The notes under the pieces are model-generated. The model was not told the DNA's origin, made no database searches, and saw nothing but the letters and a program-made list of their open reading frames with translations. The position numbers and the translations under genes were made by a program. Below, piece by piece: positions 49,251 to 62,049 of a stretch of 64,000 nt of DNA. Origin of the DNA: Podarcis bocagei (Eukaryota). Numbering within the stretch: position 1 is the stretch's first letter; each line of letters begins with the position of its first letter. The stretch is from NCBI GenBank assembly GCA_964188305.1, contig OZ076898.1. The stretch is one strand, 5' to 3'.

Positions 49251-52200
49251 TATGGAAATAACTTATCCACAGAATCAATCTCCAAGCATTAGAGTGTCTA
49301 TTCTACCCACTCAAACTTTGAAAATCAAATTGCTGTGGCTGGATAGAAAAGCTCCTAGGAGCATGTCTTGTGCCTGTGATACTTTTAAAATGCCACAGTG
49401 TTTCTAAGTAGATGGCAGAAGATGGGAAAAATTTCCCACTAATGCAACACTACTCAAAGGCAGACAGCATGCCTTCTACATTACCTCGATTAACACAAAA
49501 AACCCCTTAACATCTCAAAATCCCCTGCAAGTGCTTCAGGTCGCTCAGCAAAGAAAAACAAAGCCAAAATATTGCTCTGAAGTTAAGATTACACATCACA
49601 TCACAAGCAAGCAGTTTTGGGTAAGTGCATGAATATGCATACAGGTGGGGGGGGGGTTCTTAGGAGACTCATTATTGCAGTCATGGAAGCTAGACATTGG
49701 TCTGGTGGATATGGTAAGCAACTTTTTATCTCAGTGATAAATACACAACTCAGTGACAGAGAAAAGCAGAAGCATCCACTGTACTGACTAGGCCCAAGGA
49801 GAAATTATATCTTCCCCAACCCATCTAGTGAGAAGTGCTAGATTGGTACAGACACCTGCTTTCAAAGGATCACTCACTACTTTTGAATGAATAGTCATTG
49901 GAAAAGGAAAAGGAAATATTCTTCTGGTCAGTAGGGAGTGGATCAGACAGCAAAGGACTAAATTCCCATCAGAAGAGTTAGCCTTTTGTTGTGTGATTCA
50001 TTATCCTGTGGACCAAGAACAGAAGAGCTGCAGGACATGTAGTCCTCATCTCACAAGCTGTCCCATATTATAATTTATAAAAAAGAAGTGACTGAAGATC
50101 ACACATATAAGAAAGGTATGCATTTTATATTGGTTGGACATATTTTAAAAATTTTATACTGCTTTTATTGATTGGTCCTAATGTTTTCTTATGTTCTGAG
50201 CCATGTTGAGAGTTTGTATGTTTTTAACAGAATACAAATAAAACAATTCCTTTGGTAATCAGATAGGGCCTGACTGGTGGTTATCACATGGTGAAATGAA
50301 GAGTCAGAAGCTCTTTATTACCAGTTCATATGTTCCATGCTGAATCTTAGCAAACCCAGCTCTCACATCACCTCTAGACAAACAGTTAAAAAAATACATA
50401 ATGTATCAGCTCAGGGGATACTACATTTGCTCATTTGGGCAGGGAGTGGCTGTACAGCTGCTGCAGGAAAAGGTGTAGCCCCATAGCAAGCAGTTTGTGG
50501 CATTTGCATGCGTGGGGGTGAGGGAGGTAAAGTGTTTTGAGGGTTGCAGCAATGCTTACCTCCCACACAAGCTGGTATTTGGATTAGCCCAAATTCTTCC
50601 CGGCAGTGGATCCAGTCTAAGCCAGCTAGGGTTCCTAGCAGGCTCACTGCGTCCAGTGAGCAAAGAACATATGCTGAGAAATGGGGCTTAAAATAAAAAA
50701 CAAATTCAGCAATGAATTAGGGAGTTGCATGATATTTTATGATGCAAAAAAGGAAAGCCCTAGACAACACAAAAGTGGTCTCATGCTACTCACACCTGGC
50801 CCTTATTTTCATACGCAAAGCATTTATAACCACTTCTGCAGATACAATAGGATAAACCAAAGTCCTACACAGCTCACCTACACATAAAAAACCTTCACGT
50901 TGCTGAAGCCTCTCCTTTCTCAACAAACTCACAAGCCACTGCTACTTCTGCTGTTCCTTCCTTTTCTATAGGGAGTGAGGGACTCCAAAACTCATACCAA
51001 CTGCTTTGTATTCCCGATAATATTCACTCTCATAGCCACCCTGTGAGACAGGCAACTATTCCCATTTTATTTGTAGAAAAGAGCAAGATATGCCCAATGG
51101 TGTACAGTAAATCCATGGTCCAAGTTGCGGTTTCTTCCAGAAACAAGTCTCTAATCACAGGGCTGAGGGCCATAATAGCTGAACCTCATTGCTACCTTGA
51201 TCACAAGATATACTGCCCTTCTTCCAAAGAGCTCTGACAAACATTTTAGCTTCTCAAAAATCAGTGGGCAGGCTAAGAGATGGTGACCTGCATAAGCCAC
51301 CCAATGAGCTTTAGAGCTGCGTGATCAGTTGAACATGGTTTCCTATACCTATTGCTCACAACTTTGGACAATGCACAAAACTGCTCATGGCAGCCCTTTC
51401 TTCTGTTTGTCATCCTCCATGGCATTCACAATTGACCTTGCAATAATCACTACTGCTATAACACTTCAGTGTTTTAGGCATTTGGCCAGAACCTGATCGT
51501 TTAGGAAGGCCTTCAGCTGAAAAACTTATTTCCTTGTTATAAATATGTTAAGGTTGTTTTCCTTTCTTTTTGTTAAGCAGTCACAACTGCTTAACACTAT
51601 AGCAAACAGCTCAGAAAATTCCATCCACGTTGCATCTAGCAAGTGCTTAAACACAAACCAGAGCCAAACCTCCCTTCACAATGCCTTTCCTGAAGCATAT
51701 TATCTTCACTTGAGCTGCTCCTCTACGGACATAACCCTGTCCACCTATGTCCAATAAACCCTGTATTGTCCATCCAAAGCAAACCCTAAGCCTGCTTCTA
51801 ATCTGTGCATCACCCAGTAAACCACTAGCACTAAAACTATTTCTCATAACGAGAAAATATGTAGCCTTTATATGGCAGTTTGAGCACTCTACTGTAAGAG
51901 TTCATTTAGTGGGATTGTGCATATATACAACTCTACATGTCTACCAAACCTTTCCTTTCTGTCGTCCTTTTGTGTTCAGGGACTTCCCATTTAGGAGGGG
52001 ACAAGTGCCGCTGGGCACCATCAAAGCTTGTAACATCTCTCTCATATCCAGACTGTACTGCAGCCTGTGTCTGAATTTAAGTTCTCTGCACAACTAAAAA
52101 AAGGAGAGTGACTCACTACCTCATTACAAGCAAAGTGACTATGTCCCTATCCCCACGACGACCCTGAAGTTTTGTGCATGATCAGTATCTGCACATCAGT

Positions 52201-52570
52201 AGTGAAAGCACATAATTGGTCTAACATTGCGATTAACAAAGTGAGCCATGAATTGGAAAGCACCCACTTCAAATATAGTCTCGGCTATCAATTCACTAAG
52301 GCAAATCAGACTTTACTCAGTCCACAACTGACAATATGGAATAGGAAAATGGCTTGGTGCCTTGCATTGCTGTAGCATTATGAACAAGAAGTGCTCCAAG
52401 TACTTAAGTGCAGTATGAAATATTATATACTTCTAATGAACTCATGGCAAGTCCAGTCCAGCCCCAGATTACACATGTCCAGCACAAAAAGATAGGAAGC
52501 AAAATGAATTAACCCTAAAGGCTGCTCCAGAATAGGAGCTTCTCTGTATTGCACAATTTCTATCCCTGTC

Positions 52571-52572
<2 letters not shown>

Positions 52573-52615
<43 letters not shown>
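52573..52615. repeat. (CA)n microsatellite
   Basis: Read directly from sequence. Confidence 0.95.
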
Positions 52616-52618
<3 letters not shown>

Positions 52619-54108
52619 TGATCAAAGTCAGAATCAGCCACGCCTCAGTAACTCCCACTTTTTCATTGCCATGAGACCAACACAAAACTTGCTCACCCTT
52701 TGGGGGCCTCATGGGTTTATAAGGGTGAACAAGTATTGTGTTGGTCTTCAGATTCATGGTTGAAGAGCCTACTGATTGTCCTTGTCCACAAAAACCCCTA
52801 GTCTTATATTTGTGTTTTTTACATTGTAAACCTAGCAATAGAAAGCACACATGTGCATACACACACAAAGGAAAGTACCAGCAACCCTCACACTTCCCTT
52901 ACAAATTGCTTTGCACATTTCAGCAAGTCACTATTTATAGAACTTTTTTAATATACCAAAAAAAAGCTATTCAACTTTTTAACGCAGTATTCTCATTTTT
53001 AAAATTACAATAATGGGTAGTTAAAATGTATATTTTAAAGATAGCAGTCTTAAAATATGAGAAATTCTAGTACAACCATCTTCTTCCTCATTCCAGTAAC
53101 AATAATCCAGAACACAAAAGATGTATTTAAGGATTCAAACAAGACTCCCCCCTAGTATCCCCTGCTTTACCAGAACAAAACAAAAACCCTTCAATTCTTT
53201 AGCTTCAATCTCCTGTTCCAAGCACCCCATAGGCACATGCACCCCCTCACACACACTCCTATCTTAGTGGGTCATTCTCCATTTCTCAGTTATCTACTTC
53301 TGTAGGGGAAACCCCGCAAACTGAGATATTTCACTTTTAGTTTCCAAGGATAAGATCTCAGAAACCTTCAGCCTATTTTTGCCAATTGTAGGGATGAGAA
53401 AACATGACAAGAGCGGAAGGCAGCCACAGCAGCTGTTTCAGCAACTCCCAGCCTGGCCACTAGCTCTAGTAATACTGTCCATTTTCAACACGAAGTATCA
53501 GGGATTAAGGGTGGTCTGGAAGAGATTCTCCATGACCATTCCACCCTGTGTTTGGGAGAGGGATTTGAGCATCCAAGTAAACAAGCCAGCTAATTCAAAT
53601 CATCACTAAGCAAGGCACAATACAAACAGGTCAAACCAGAACAGGCTTTCATAAGGAAAACCTTATGAGACAGTAAGCGGTGGGAAAAGGAAGGCACTAG
53701 GCAGTCATTGTACACTGGAATTAGAAACTAGGACGGAGCAGGAGACCTGCTTTACCCATTGCTCCCTTGAAAACCAAGTAGAAAAATCCCCTGGAAGTAT
53801 TCCAGAGCTGAGTAAATCACTATCCATTTGATACGTGCATTGAGACTATTACCTAATGCTGCAAAATAAGCAGGTGGTGTTATTGAGATGCCTCCTGAAA
53901 ACTGCAACAAAAGAACTGCTCTAATTTCAGACCAACAAACATCTCACCAAAAAGAGCAATTTCCCAGTATCCTACCCAAATCACTGAAATATTAAGCTAT
54001 TGACAATAAGTAGCATTTTTATAGCTGCAAGTCACAAATAAATACTCAAATAGTTCTCTTTTCCCCACCACACCAGTCCACAGATTGTGCCTGAGAGTAA
54101 CAACCTAC

Positions 54109-54618
54109 CTCTTTGGTTAGATCACCATTCATTGGAGGAGCCACGGCACCTAGGTCTTCCAATTCTTCACCAAATCCTTGTTCTGCTCCATTTTCCCTCA
54201 CTTCATTGTCTGGAACAGTTCCATCTTGCAAGCCACTGCCATTCTCAAGGGCAATGCCTGTATTGGGTTGGGCACCAGAGACAGAACCTTCAGAATCTCG
54301 GTGTACCAACCAGGCACTGACTTCTGTGGTGGGCACCTGGAACCTGTCCAGGGCCCTCACCTGGTTAAGAAGCCGTCGAGCTGTGAAATAATAGTCCAGA
54401 TCTACACTTTTTGGATGGATGACATAGCCATCTAAAGTGTTCCGCAGGTTGTGGAACTGTGTCTGGGTGTAAGCAGAACTCTGGCCCAAAAAGATCTCTC
54501 GCAGAGGGGGAAGATGCGAGTTCAGATAAGTATCTACATCCACCCTCACACCTATTAAGCTGAGGAGAATGGTGAACTGGATGAGTCCTTCAGTGAAATA
54601 TTTCTTCAGAGAAAGCAT
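54109..54618 (-). CDS. NFE2L1: NFE2L1 first coding exon (170 aa: NHB1 membrane segment, NHB2, DDI2 cleavage site W103/L104); exon probably starts at 55114
   Basis: MLSLKKYFTEGLIQFTILLSLIGVRVDVDTYL...EVSAWLVHRD...GDLTKE|gtaggt. Upstream acceptor gtgtttcag| at 55115/55114. Full CDS is 764 aa. Confidence 0.97.
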
Positions 54619-55590
54619 TTCTGGAAAAGGAAAAGCAAATGCATGTAGCAGAAAATGTACTAAAACTCACACTATCAAGCTAACTCTCCACAGTTATTTA
54701 AAGAATGAAAAAAATCTAATTAAAAAATGTTCAAACCCCATTTAAAAAATAAAACCTAAAAGCAATCATTGCCACCAAGAGAGTTGTTAAAGTTCTAAAG
54801 ATCTCCCGGAGAGAGAAAGCTGTCTCCCAGCAGGAGGACTCCTATTTCTGCTGCTCTCTGCCTATCCAGAGACAAAAACTGTTTTGTAACTAAGCCAAGG
54901 TAGTTGCATATAAACCCATGTGACTTACTGTCTCAAAGAGTCCACATGCAGCAACTTCCTTCAGTCTTAATTTCCCACACGGACTACAAGATGGGACAAG
55001 TCCTCTGGAACAGCTGCAACTTCACTCTTCCCTCCTCCTTCCTCTAGTCCAAGATTCCAGAGCAGGAAAACGTTCAAAGACTCTTCTGCTGCTTGCTTTG
55101 GGTTTCGTCAGAAACTGAAACACAGCCAAAAAAATGAAGGTGATAAAACACTAGAGACACCACCCTTTGGACACTGCTCAACATTGAAACACTGTTACCT
55201 ATGGGCCACAAAGAAAAAAGTGTGCACAGAGTCTACATAATTCACCAACAAGTATATCTTGACACACACAAAGTTATATTTAGGTCAATACTGCCCTGGT
55301 TTGCTTATCTTCCTCCATTTTATAGCAACATCTTTCACTTCTCTCCACTCCCCTTTGACTCCTCAGCAAGACACAACAAAGAACCAAGTGATAATAACAA
55401 CCTTGCAAATAAAACTAGTACCGTACTCGCTTTTCAACCACCCTTTATCCTCTATCCCAGCTGCTTACAGCCAATGATTTTGAAGTATGCTGATTATGCT
55501 TTTATTCAGTATGAGTTTCTGGTCAATTTACATTAAGTACAAGTGCGAAGCCTGGCTTTCAGGTTTTAGAAGGGTGTTATTCATCAACGT

Positions 55591-55948
55591 GGGGATGTGG
55601 GTGGCGCTGTGATCTAAACCACAGAGCCTAGGGCTTGCCGATCAGAAGGTCGGCGGTTCGAATCCCCGCAACAGGGTGAGTTCCCGTTGCTCGGTCCCTG
55701 CTCCTGCCCACCTAGCAGTTCAAAAGCACGTCAAAGTGCTAGTAGATAAACAGGTACCGTTCCGGGGGGAAGGTAAATGGCGTTTCTGTGCGCTGCTCTG
55801 GTTCGCCAGAAGCGGCTTAGTCATGCTGGCCACATGACCCAGAAGCTGTCTGTGGACAAACGCCAGCTCCCTCAGCCTATACAGTGAGGTGAGCGCACAA
55901 CCCCGGAGTCGTCTGTGACTGGACCTAACAGTCAGGGGTACCTTTACC
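55591..55948 (+). mobile_element. Full-length Sauria (POM/Squam1-type) SINE
   Basis: A box tggcgctgtg, B box ggttcgaatcc, conserved gtagataaa.aggtacc core, acctttacc tail. TSD TATTCATCA at 55578-55586 and 55949-55957. Confidence 0.92.
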
Positions 55949-56600
55949 TATTCATCAGCATACATCTCTGCAGCTACTTCTCCTACTTCACACACAGAGC
56001 TTGCTGGCACTTTAGAACAAAACCCACATTTATCCAACAAATGCAGGACCAAAAATACTATTAAGCTCCTGCTTAACATGTTCACTTCCCCCTACTTTTG
56101 TCCCTGCTCCAGAAACTGCCAAATCCTCTGATTTCCATTCCAGTCACAGATACCTACCATGTATATTTGTGATACTGTGGGAAAGCCAAATGACCTCACT
56201 ATCCACCCCCACCAGCTTCTTCCACTTCTTTTCCATGGTGCCTTGCCCCACTTTGGAATCTTCATACCTCCTCAGTTATTAGCTACAGAACTCTGAATTA
56301 CTGTATATACACATCAGTTTGAAAGAATCCTCCAACATTTCCCCACAAAGTTGCACCTACCACGTTTATAGCATCGTAATGCTTACAGAATACACATGCA
56401 TTGTGTTTCAAAGGGGCAGGGAGTGTTTAACTATTAGGGGTCATTTAACATCCTGAGCTTATGTATGAAAAATCTGACCACTCCCTGTTATCCTTAATCT
56501 ACCTTGCAGCCCCTCTGGTGATTATAAGGAACCATGGAAACTGTACAGAGAAGGATGGACAGGAAGTAATGAACCAAAGTTCCTAAGAGTTTAATTCAAA

Positions 56601-56775
56601 AGGGAAAGCCTAGAGCACATGCTTTGCACACAAAAAGTCTAGGTTCAAATCCTGGTGTCTCCTGATAGGGCTGGGAAAGTATCCTGTCTAAAACCTGGAG
56701 AGCTGCTGACATCAGTGTTGATAATACTGAGCTAAATGGGCTAATGGTTTGACTTAGTATAACGCAGCAGCCCCT
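56601..56775 (+). mobile_element. tRNA-derived SINE (Squam3-like)
   Basis: tagagcacatgctttgca..caaaa..ggttcaaatcc...cctggagagctgctg..atcagtg..aatactgagcta. Confidence 0.75.
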
Positions 56776-56800
56776 GACGCGCATGCGCACGCACACACAC

Positions 56801-56936
56801 CATGGGCATAGCTGGGGGAGGGGGTGCAGATAAATAAATATACTTAATAATATGAGTTGCAGATAGCTCAGTTCTGCCCCCCCAAAAAAAACAAAGGTCC
56901 TGCCCCCCCCCAACATAAATCCTGGCTATGCCCATG
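56801..56936. mobile_element. Small hAT-like MITE
   Basis: 12-bp TIR CATGGGCATAGC/GCTATGCCCATG. Confidence 0.65.
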
Positions 56937-57921
56937 ACTCACATGCAAGTTCTTAGTTAGCAAACTCCCAAGGACATGAGGTTGCATGTACAGCATTAAA
57001 TTACTATTAAGAACCCACTTTTGACAGTTGCAATTAAGCCACATGAAAATAGGGAAGGCTTAGCATGCCCATCACAAAATTGCTGGAGAGAGAAAATGTG
57101 TGTGCACATCATAACATATCCATAACAAATCCTTGATTTTTAAAAAATAAGAATTATATATGAGCCTTAAGTAGAAAGATGATAGCTTGCAAGCCTTCCT
57201 GTAGCATTTCAACACAACTTTTGCCTCATTTAACCTGTAACAATTGTTGTAACCCACTCTTAATCTTTGTTCAATCAGTTGTCACCACCAGCAATGGGGG
57301 GGGGGGGACACACAAGAAATTTCAAAATCCATACCTTGATTTGCTAAGTGCAATCGTGTACTCATCCTAACCCAATCTCTGTTCTGGCCTACTATCACAT
57401 TTCAGTCTCCCTCTCTTTTCCTTTCCATCAGAGACATGTGATTTCAAAGTTGTTGTTGTTGTTTTTAAAGATCTAGGAGAGCCAGAATCCCCCAACACAT
57501 GTTCTCCGGCATGCTTCCCCCTCTTTAATCCTAACCTCTGTCACTATGACTTTCTGGGCTCACATTTCAGTCTCATTTTAAACCTTCTCAAAATGCATCC
57601 AGATAACATGGGAGACAGCCTGGAGAATTTCCCCTAGGCCAGTCACTACCATAAAATCCTTTTTCAGACCACCAGAGAACCTGTACTTATTTATACAGCC
57701 CCACAAGGATGCACATCTCTAACAGTTCTGAGCTTTCAAAAATTTTAAATTCCATTATGAAATCCACAGCCCCAACCAACCCCATCCCCAACCCTCAACT
57801 CTTTAAACACTTTTCTCAACTGAGAATGTCATCTTCTCCTCACATTATACTAGAACAATTCCCTCTAGTTTTTCTATTTAGACTTACTTGCAAGTTTTTG
57901 AAATATTTCCTACTTGCAAGG

Positions 57922-57964
<43 letters not shown>

Positions 57965-58010
57965 GGTTTTGGTGTCTTCGGGTGTCTTCCCGTGTAAGAG
58001 TTGGGGTGTC

Positions 58011-58054
58011 TAGGCGACGTTTCGACGAGGTCTCACTCGTCATCTTCAGGCTGG
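58011..58054 (-). ncRNA. Minimal type I hammerhead ribozyme motif (sense to NFE2L1 pre-mRNA)
   Basis: CUGAAGA-U-GACGAG-ugagac-CUCGUC-GAAA-C-GUC; palindromic ACGU in stem III; stem I has only 2 clear base pairs. Confidence 0.8.
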
Positions 58055-59534
58055 TGCTTTCGGCTTCTTGTTACTGGAACAGAGCAGGATCTCAGTGTTT
58101 GAGTTCCTATAAATACTGTTGAGGGGGTGTGGTGTATAGCCTCCAACGTTCTGGGCAGAGAGGAAGTTCCCAGGTTAGTGTGCCTTTTCTTCTTTTGTTC
58201 ATTAATTACTTGAGGGATATCTTGAGTGATTTCTTGAGTGATATTCTGAGTACCACTTAGGAGGGTCATTAGGTGTGGATTAGTTGCTAAAGCTTTCGTG
58301 TCTTGACCTCTTGAGCTTGTGAAGAGTTTTTCTGAGAAGATGGCTGTACTGCAAATAGTTGTGCTCTGGCTTGGCTTCGTGTATAGGGGCGAGCTGTGGT
58401 TTTGTGCCCTGTGTCAGCCAGATCTGTGTAGGGATTGCAGGGGGGTGCAGCATCCGGAGGTGCCACTATGGTTTGGCTACTGGATGGTGTCTGTAATTTA
58501 TCTGTGGAGAGGGTCTGGGTTTGGGTCTGGTGTGGTTGATTGGAGATGGCGTTCTGTGTGCCTCTGGTTCTGGTGTCGGTTTTTGTGGGGAGGGCTAATT
58601 TCCAGATGTCTGGCAGGCGGGACGTGTCGTCACGCTTGTTCATGTTGTGAGGGTGTTTCTCTATCTCGATGGCTTCCATGATTATTCTCTTGTGGTGATG
58701 TTCCATGTTAAAGAGCAATTTGGAATCTGCAAAATTAATTTCGTGTCCTGTTTCTTTCATGTGTTGGTAAAGAGAGGAAGTTTTTTCTTCTTTTTTGACG
58801 GCATTCTTGTGTTCTGCGATACGTGCATTTATTCGTCTGTTTGTTTGTCCAATGTACGTGGCTGGGCAGACTTTGCAGGGTATTTCATAGACCCCTTGGT
58901 TTTCTAGCTGGATTTTATCTTTGGGGTTTCTGAGGATATTGGCTATTTTTTGGTTGGTGCAAAAGGCTGTTTTGATATTGTGTTTATGGAGGATTTCCCC
59001 ACAAAAACCGACACCAGAACCAGAGAGGCACACAGAACGCCATCTCCAATCAACCACACCAGACCCAAACCCAGACCCTCTCCACAGATAAATTACAGAC
59101 ACCATCCAGTAGCCAAACCATAGTGGCACCTCCGGATGCTGCACCCCCCTGCAATCCCTACACAGATCTGGCTGACACAGGGCACAAAACCACAGCTCGC
59201 CCCTATACACGAAGCCAAGCCAGAGCACAACTATTTGCAGTACAGCCATCTTCTCAGAAAAACTCTTCACAAGCTCAAGAGGTCAAGACACGAAAGCTTT
59301 AGCAACTAATCCACACCTAATGACCCTCCTAAGTGGTACTCAGAATATCACTCAAGAAATCACTCAAGATATCCCTCAAGTAATTAATGAACAAAAGAAG
59401 AAAAGGCACACTAACCTGGGAACTTCCTCTCTGCCCAGAACGTTGGAGGCTATACACCACACCCCCTCAACAGTATTTATAGGAACTCAAACACTGAGAT
59501 CCTGCTCTGTTCCAGTAACAAGAAGCCGAAAGCA

Positions 59535-59578
59535 CCAGCCTGAAGATGACGAGTGAGACCTCGTCGAAACGTCGCCTA
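59535..59578 (+). ncRNA. Minimal type I hammerhead ribozyme motif (identical copy in the inverted arm)
   Basis: CTGAAGA 59540-59546, stem II 59548-59553/59560-59565, GAAA 59566-59569, GTC 59571-59573. Confidence 0.8.
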
Positions 59579-59656
59579 GACACCCCAACTCTTACACGGG
59601 AAGACACCCGAAGACACCAAAACCTGCATTCCTGTACCCGTGAAAATCTACGAAAG

Positions 59657-59712
<56 letters not shown>

Positions 59713-60610
59713 TATATTTAAAAATATTGTTTAAACTGCAAATAATTAGGTTAATATTAAAAAATCTTAATAAAGGCAGGTTAGTCCTCCAGCTACCCAC
59801 AAAATCAGTGTCATATAACATTGAGTTAAATGAGGCTTCTGTACATAAAAAGCCAATTTGACAATATTGGTATTTATACTATCTGCCAAACATATACATG
59901 CATTTTCACCTGAAGAAAATAGATCTATTCTAGTCTGCCTACAAACTATGAAGCCTTGCTATGACATATCATTCATGTGTATTTTATTTTTGCTTGTATT
60001 TGTGAGGGTGAAATGGGCAAAGGCAGGGTGAAGCAGAGAAGAACATTGGGAAGAAGAGAAGACAAACTGTCCAGTCTGCATGTTCCAATATTCTCATGCT
60101 AAGGTTCCAATTCTATACTCTCTTTCTAGGAGTAAGCCTCACTGAGCTCCATGGGACTTACTTCTGAAAAGAAATGCTTATTAACCTCCTAACAATCATG
60201 CATCCTGATTATGACAGGCCCCATACGGGAATATTTTAAAGACATTTGTTGTATTGGTAAGAAAGGAGAGCATACAAAATGTATATACAACATGACAAAG
60301 AGATGGAAAGCCTGGTTGAAAGAATTAAACAGTGTAAACAACATAGTTTATTGGTGTCTTACACCATAGTTTTAGAAATAACTTGTAGAATCAATGGGAA
60401 ACAATTTAAAATCAGTCTTTTAAATTTGTCTTTTATTCTTCCTGATTTAAATCAATCTACCCTACTTGGTGTTCACACACTCTTAGCCACACATAAAACA
60501 GTTCCTTGCCATTAATTTCCCTGCTACCTCCTCCTTCTAGAAAGTATTACTTTCTTGTTCCAGTTACCCAATATCCCACTCAAAAGTTGCACCCCCTGGA
60601 TCACATAGTA

Positions 60611-60726
60611 GACATCTGAAGGCAGCCCTGTTCAGGGAAGTTTTTAATGTGTGACATTTTAATGTATTTTTAATCTTTGTTGGAAGCCACCCAGAGTGGC
60701 TGGGGAATTATTATTATTATTATTAT
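60611..60726 (+). mobile_element. L2 3'-terminal fragment with (TTA)n tail
   Basis: Same 3' end as the 7573-8470 element (aaggcagccctgttcagggaagtttttaa...cccagagtggctgggg). Confidence 0.85.
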
Positions 60727-62049
60727 CCATAATCACAATTTAGAGCACAATCCAATCAATGTCTACTTAAGGATGAGTCTCACTACATTCAATGGGGCTT
60801 TCTCCCAGGTAAATATGCCCAAGACTTCAGCCTCCAGAATTCGTCTGCAGTCAAAATCAAAACAGTTAAAACATGGTGTACAAAACCTAAAAGACCTTCT
60901 TTGAAATGGGGGTTTCAATTCATTTTCTGAAGATTGCAAACATGAGATCAGAAAGCAATAACTTTTCATAATTAATCCTTTTTGAGAGGGTCTAGTTTGA
61001 GGTTGGTTTGTTTACAATTAAGCAGTGTATAAATTTTATGAAATAAATAAAATTGTATACTATCCAAAGGTTCTCTAATTGCCCCCACTCAATAATCTGC
61101 TAGTCTCCAAACTACCCATTATGCTCTTGGTTATCTTGACCATAACTATCCCACACCCACTACCATCTTCCTCCAGGCTCCTGGCACTCTACTGAGAAAC
61201 AGAACTATACTCAATAGACAGTGAAGTACACTGATGCTTACAGCCCCTTCTACATTTCACCATGCATCCATTTAAGAATACAAGAGCTCAGCTGAATCAG
61301 ATCAAAGGCCAGTCAAGTCCCACATCCTGTTCTCAAGGCAGACAACCAGGTGCCTATGGGAAGCCTGTAAATAGATACTACTTAGCTTTCCTACAGTGCT
61401 CTTTCTGGGTGCCCACATCAATCAGTTCCAGACAACATGGTCAGTGATCAGGGAAGATGGGAGCTGCAGTCAAAAACATATGGAGGGGACCAAATTGGGG
61501 AATGCTGACATACTTTATCACAGTAGCAATGTTAGAAACTGAGATATGAAAGCTAGAAGCTAAATGGTACTTTGAACCTAGGTTATGGGCGCAACAATGG
61601 AATGTCTAGGCACAATTTTTTTAATAATAAGAATACAAAGCTGAAAATGAATGAACTGCAGCTAAAGTATTATGTTCACTTTTCACACGGTCTAGTCCTT
61701 CTCCTGCCCACCCCCCAATATTAAGAGGGTCTCTTCTCGTCTTCAGAGAGTAGCTGGAAGTGGGGAGGCAGAAAAAGATCCTCCTTTCCTCCCACTCTGC
61801 AGTTTAATCTAAAATCTTAGGCACAGTACTGCACCCAGAGCTCAGAAACTGCTCACGCTAATGAAATTCCCCGTCGCAAAATGCGCCTAGAACAATGGGA
61901 GTTTCAAACACTACACAGCAGTTCTTACAACAACCTTGTAAGGTAGGGCAATATTTCCCCCAAATCACTATTGCATAATAAAGCATACCTGTACTGTTCT
62001 TCAGAACGACACCAAACAGCCCTTATAATTCACAGGCTCTTTCCATTTT

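Larger units (their letters stand above)
57960..59659. mobile_element. Penelope-like element (Poseidon-type), 5'-truncated, with inverted pseudo-LTRs, inserted in (TA)n
   Basis: GIY-YIG endonuclease on the minus strand (GVYEIPCKVCPATYIGQT..RIAEH..QHMKETGH..EAIEI..NMNK). Inverted arms 57960-58591 and 58996-59629; the right arm has a ~30-nt extra tail; (TA)n at 57923-57960 and 59659-59709. Confidence 0.95.
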
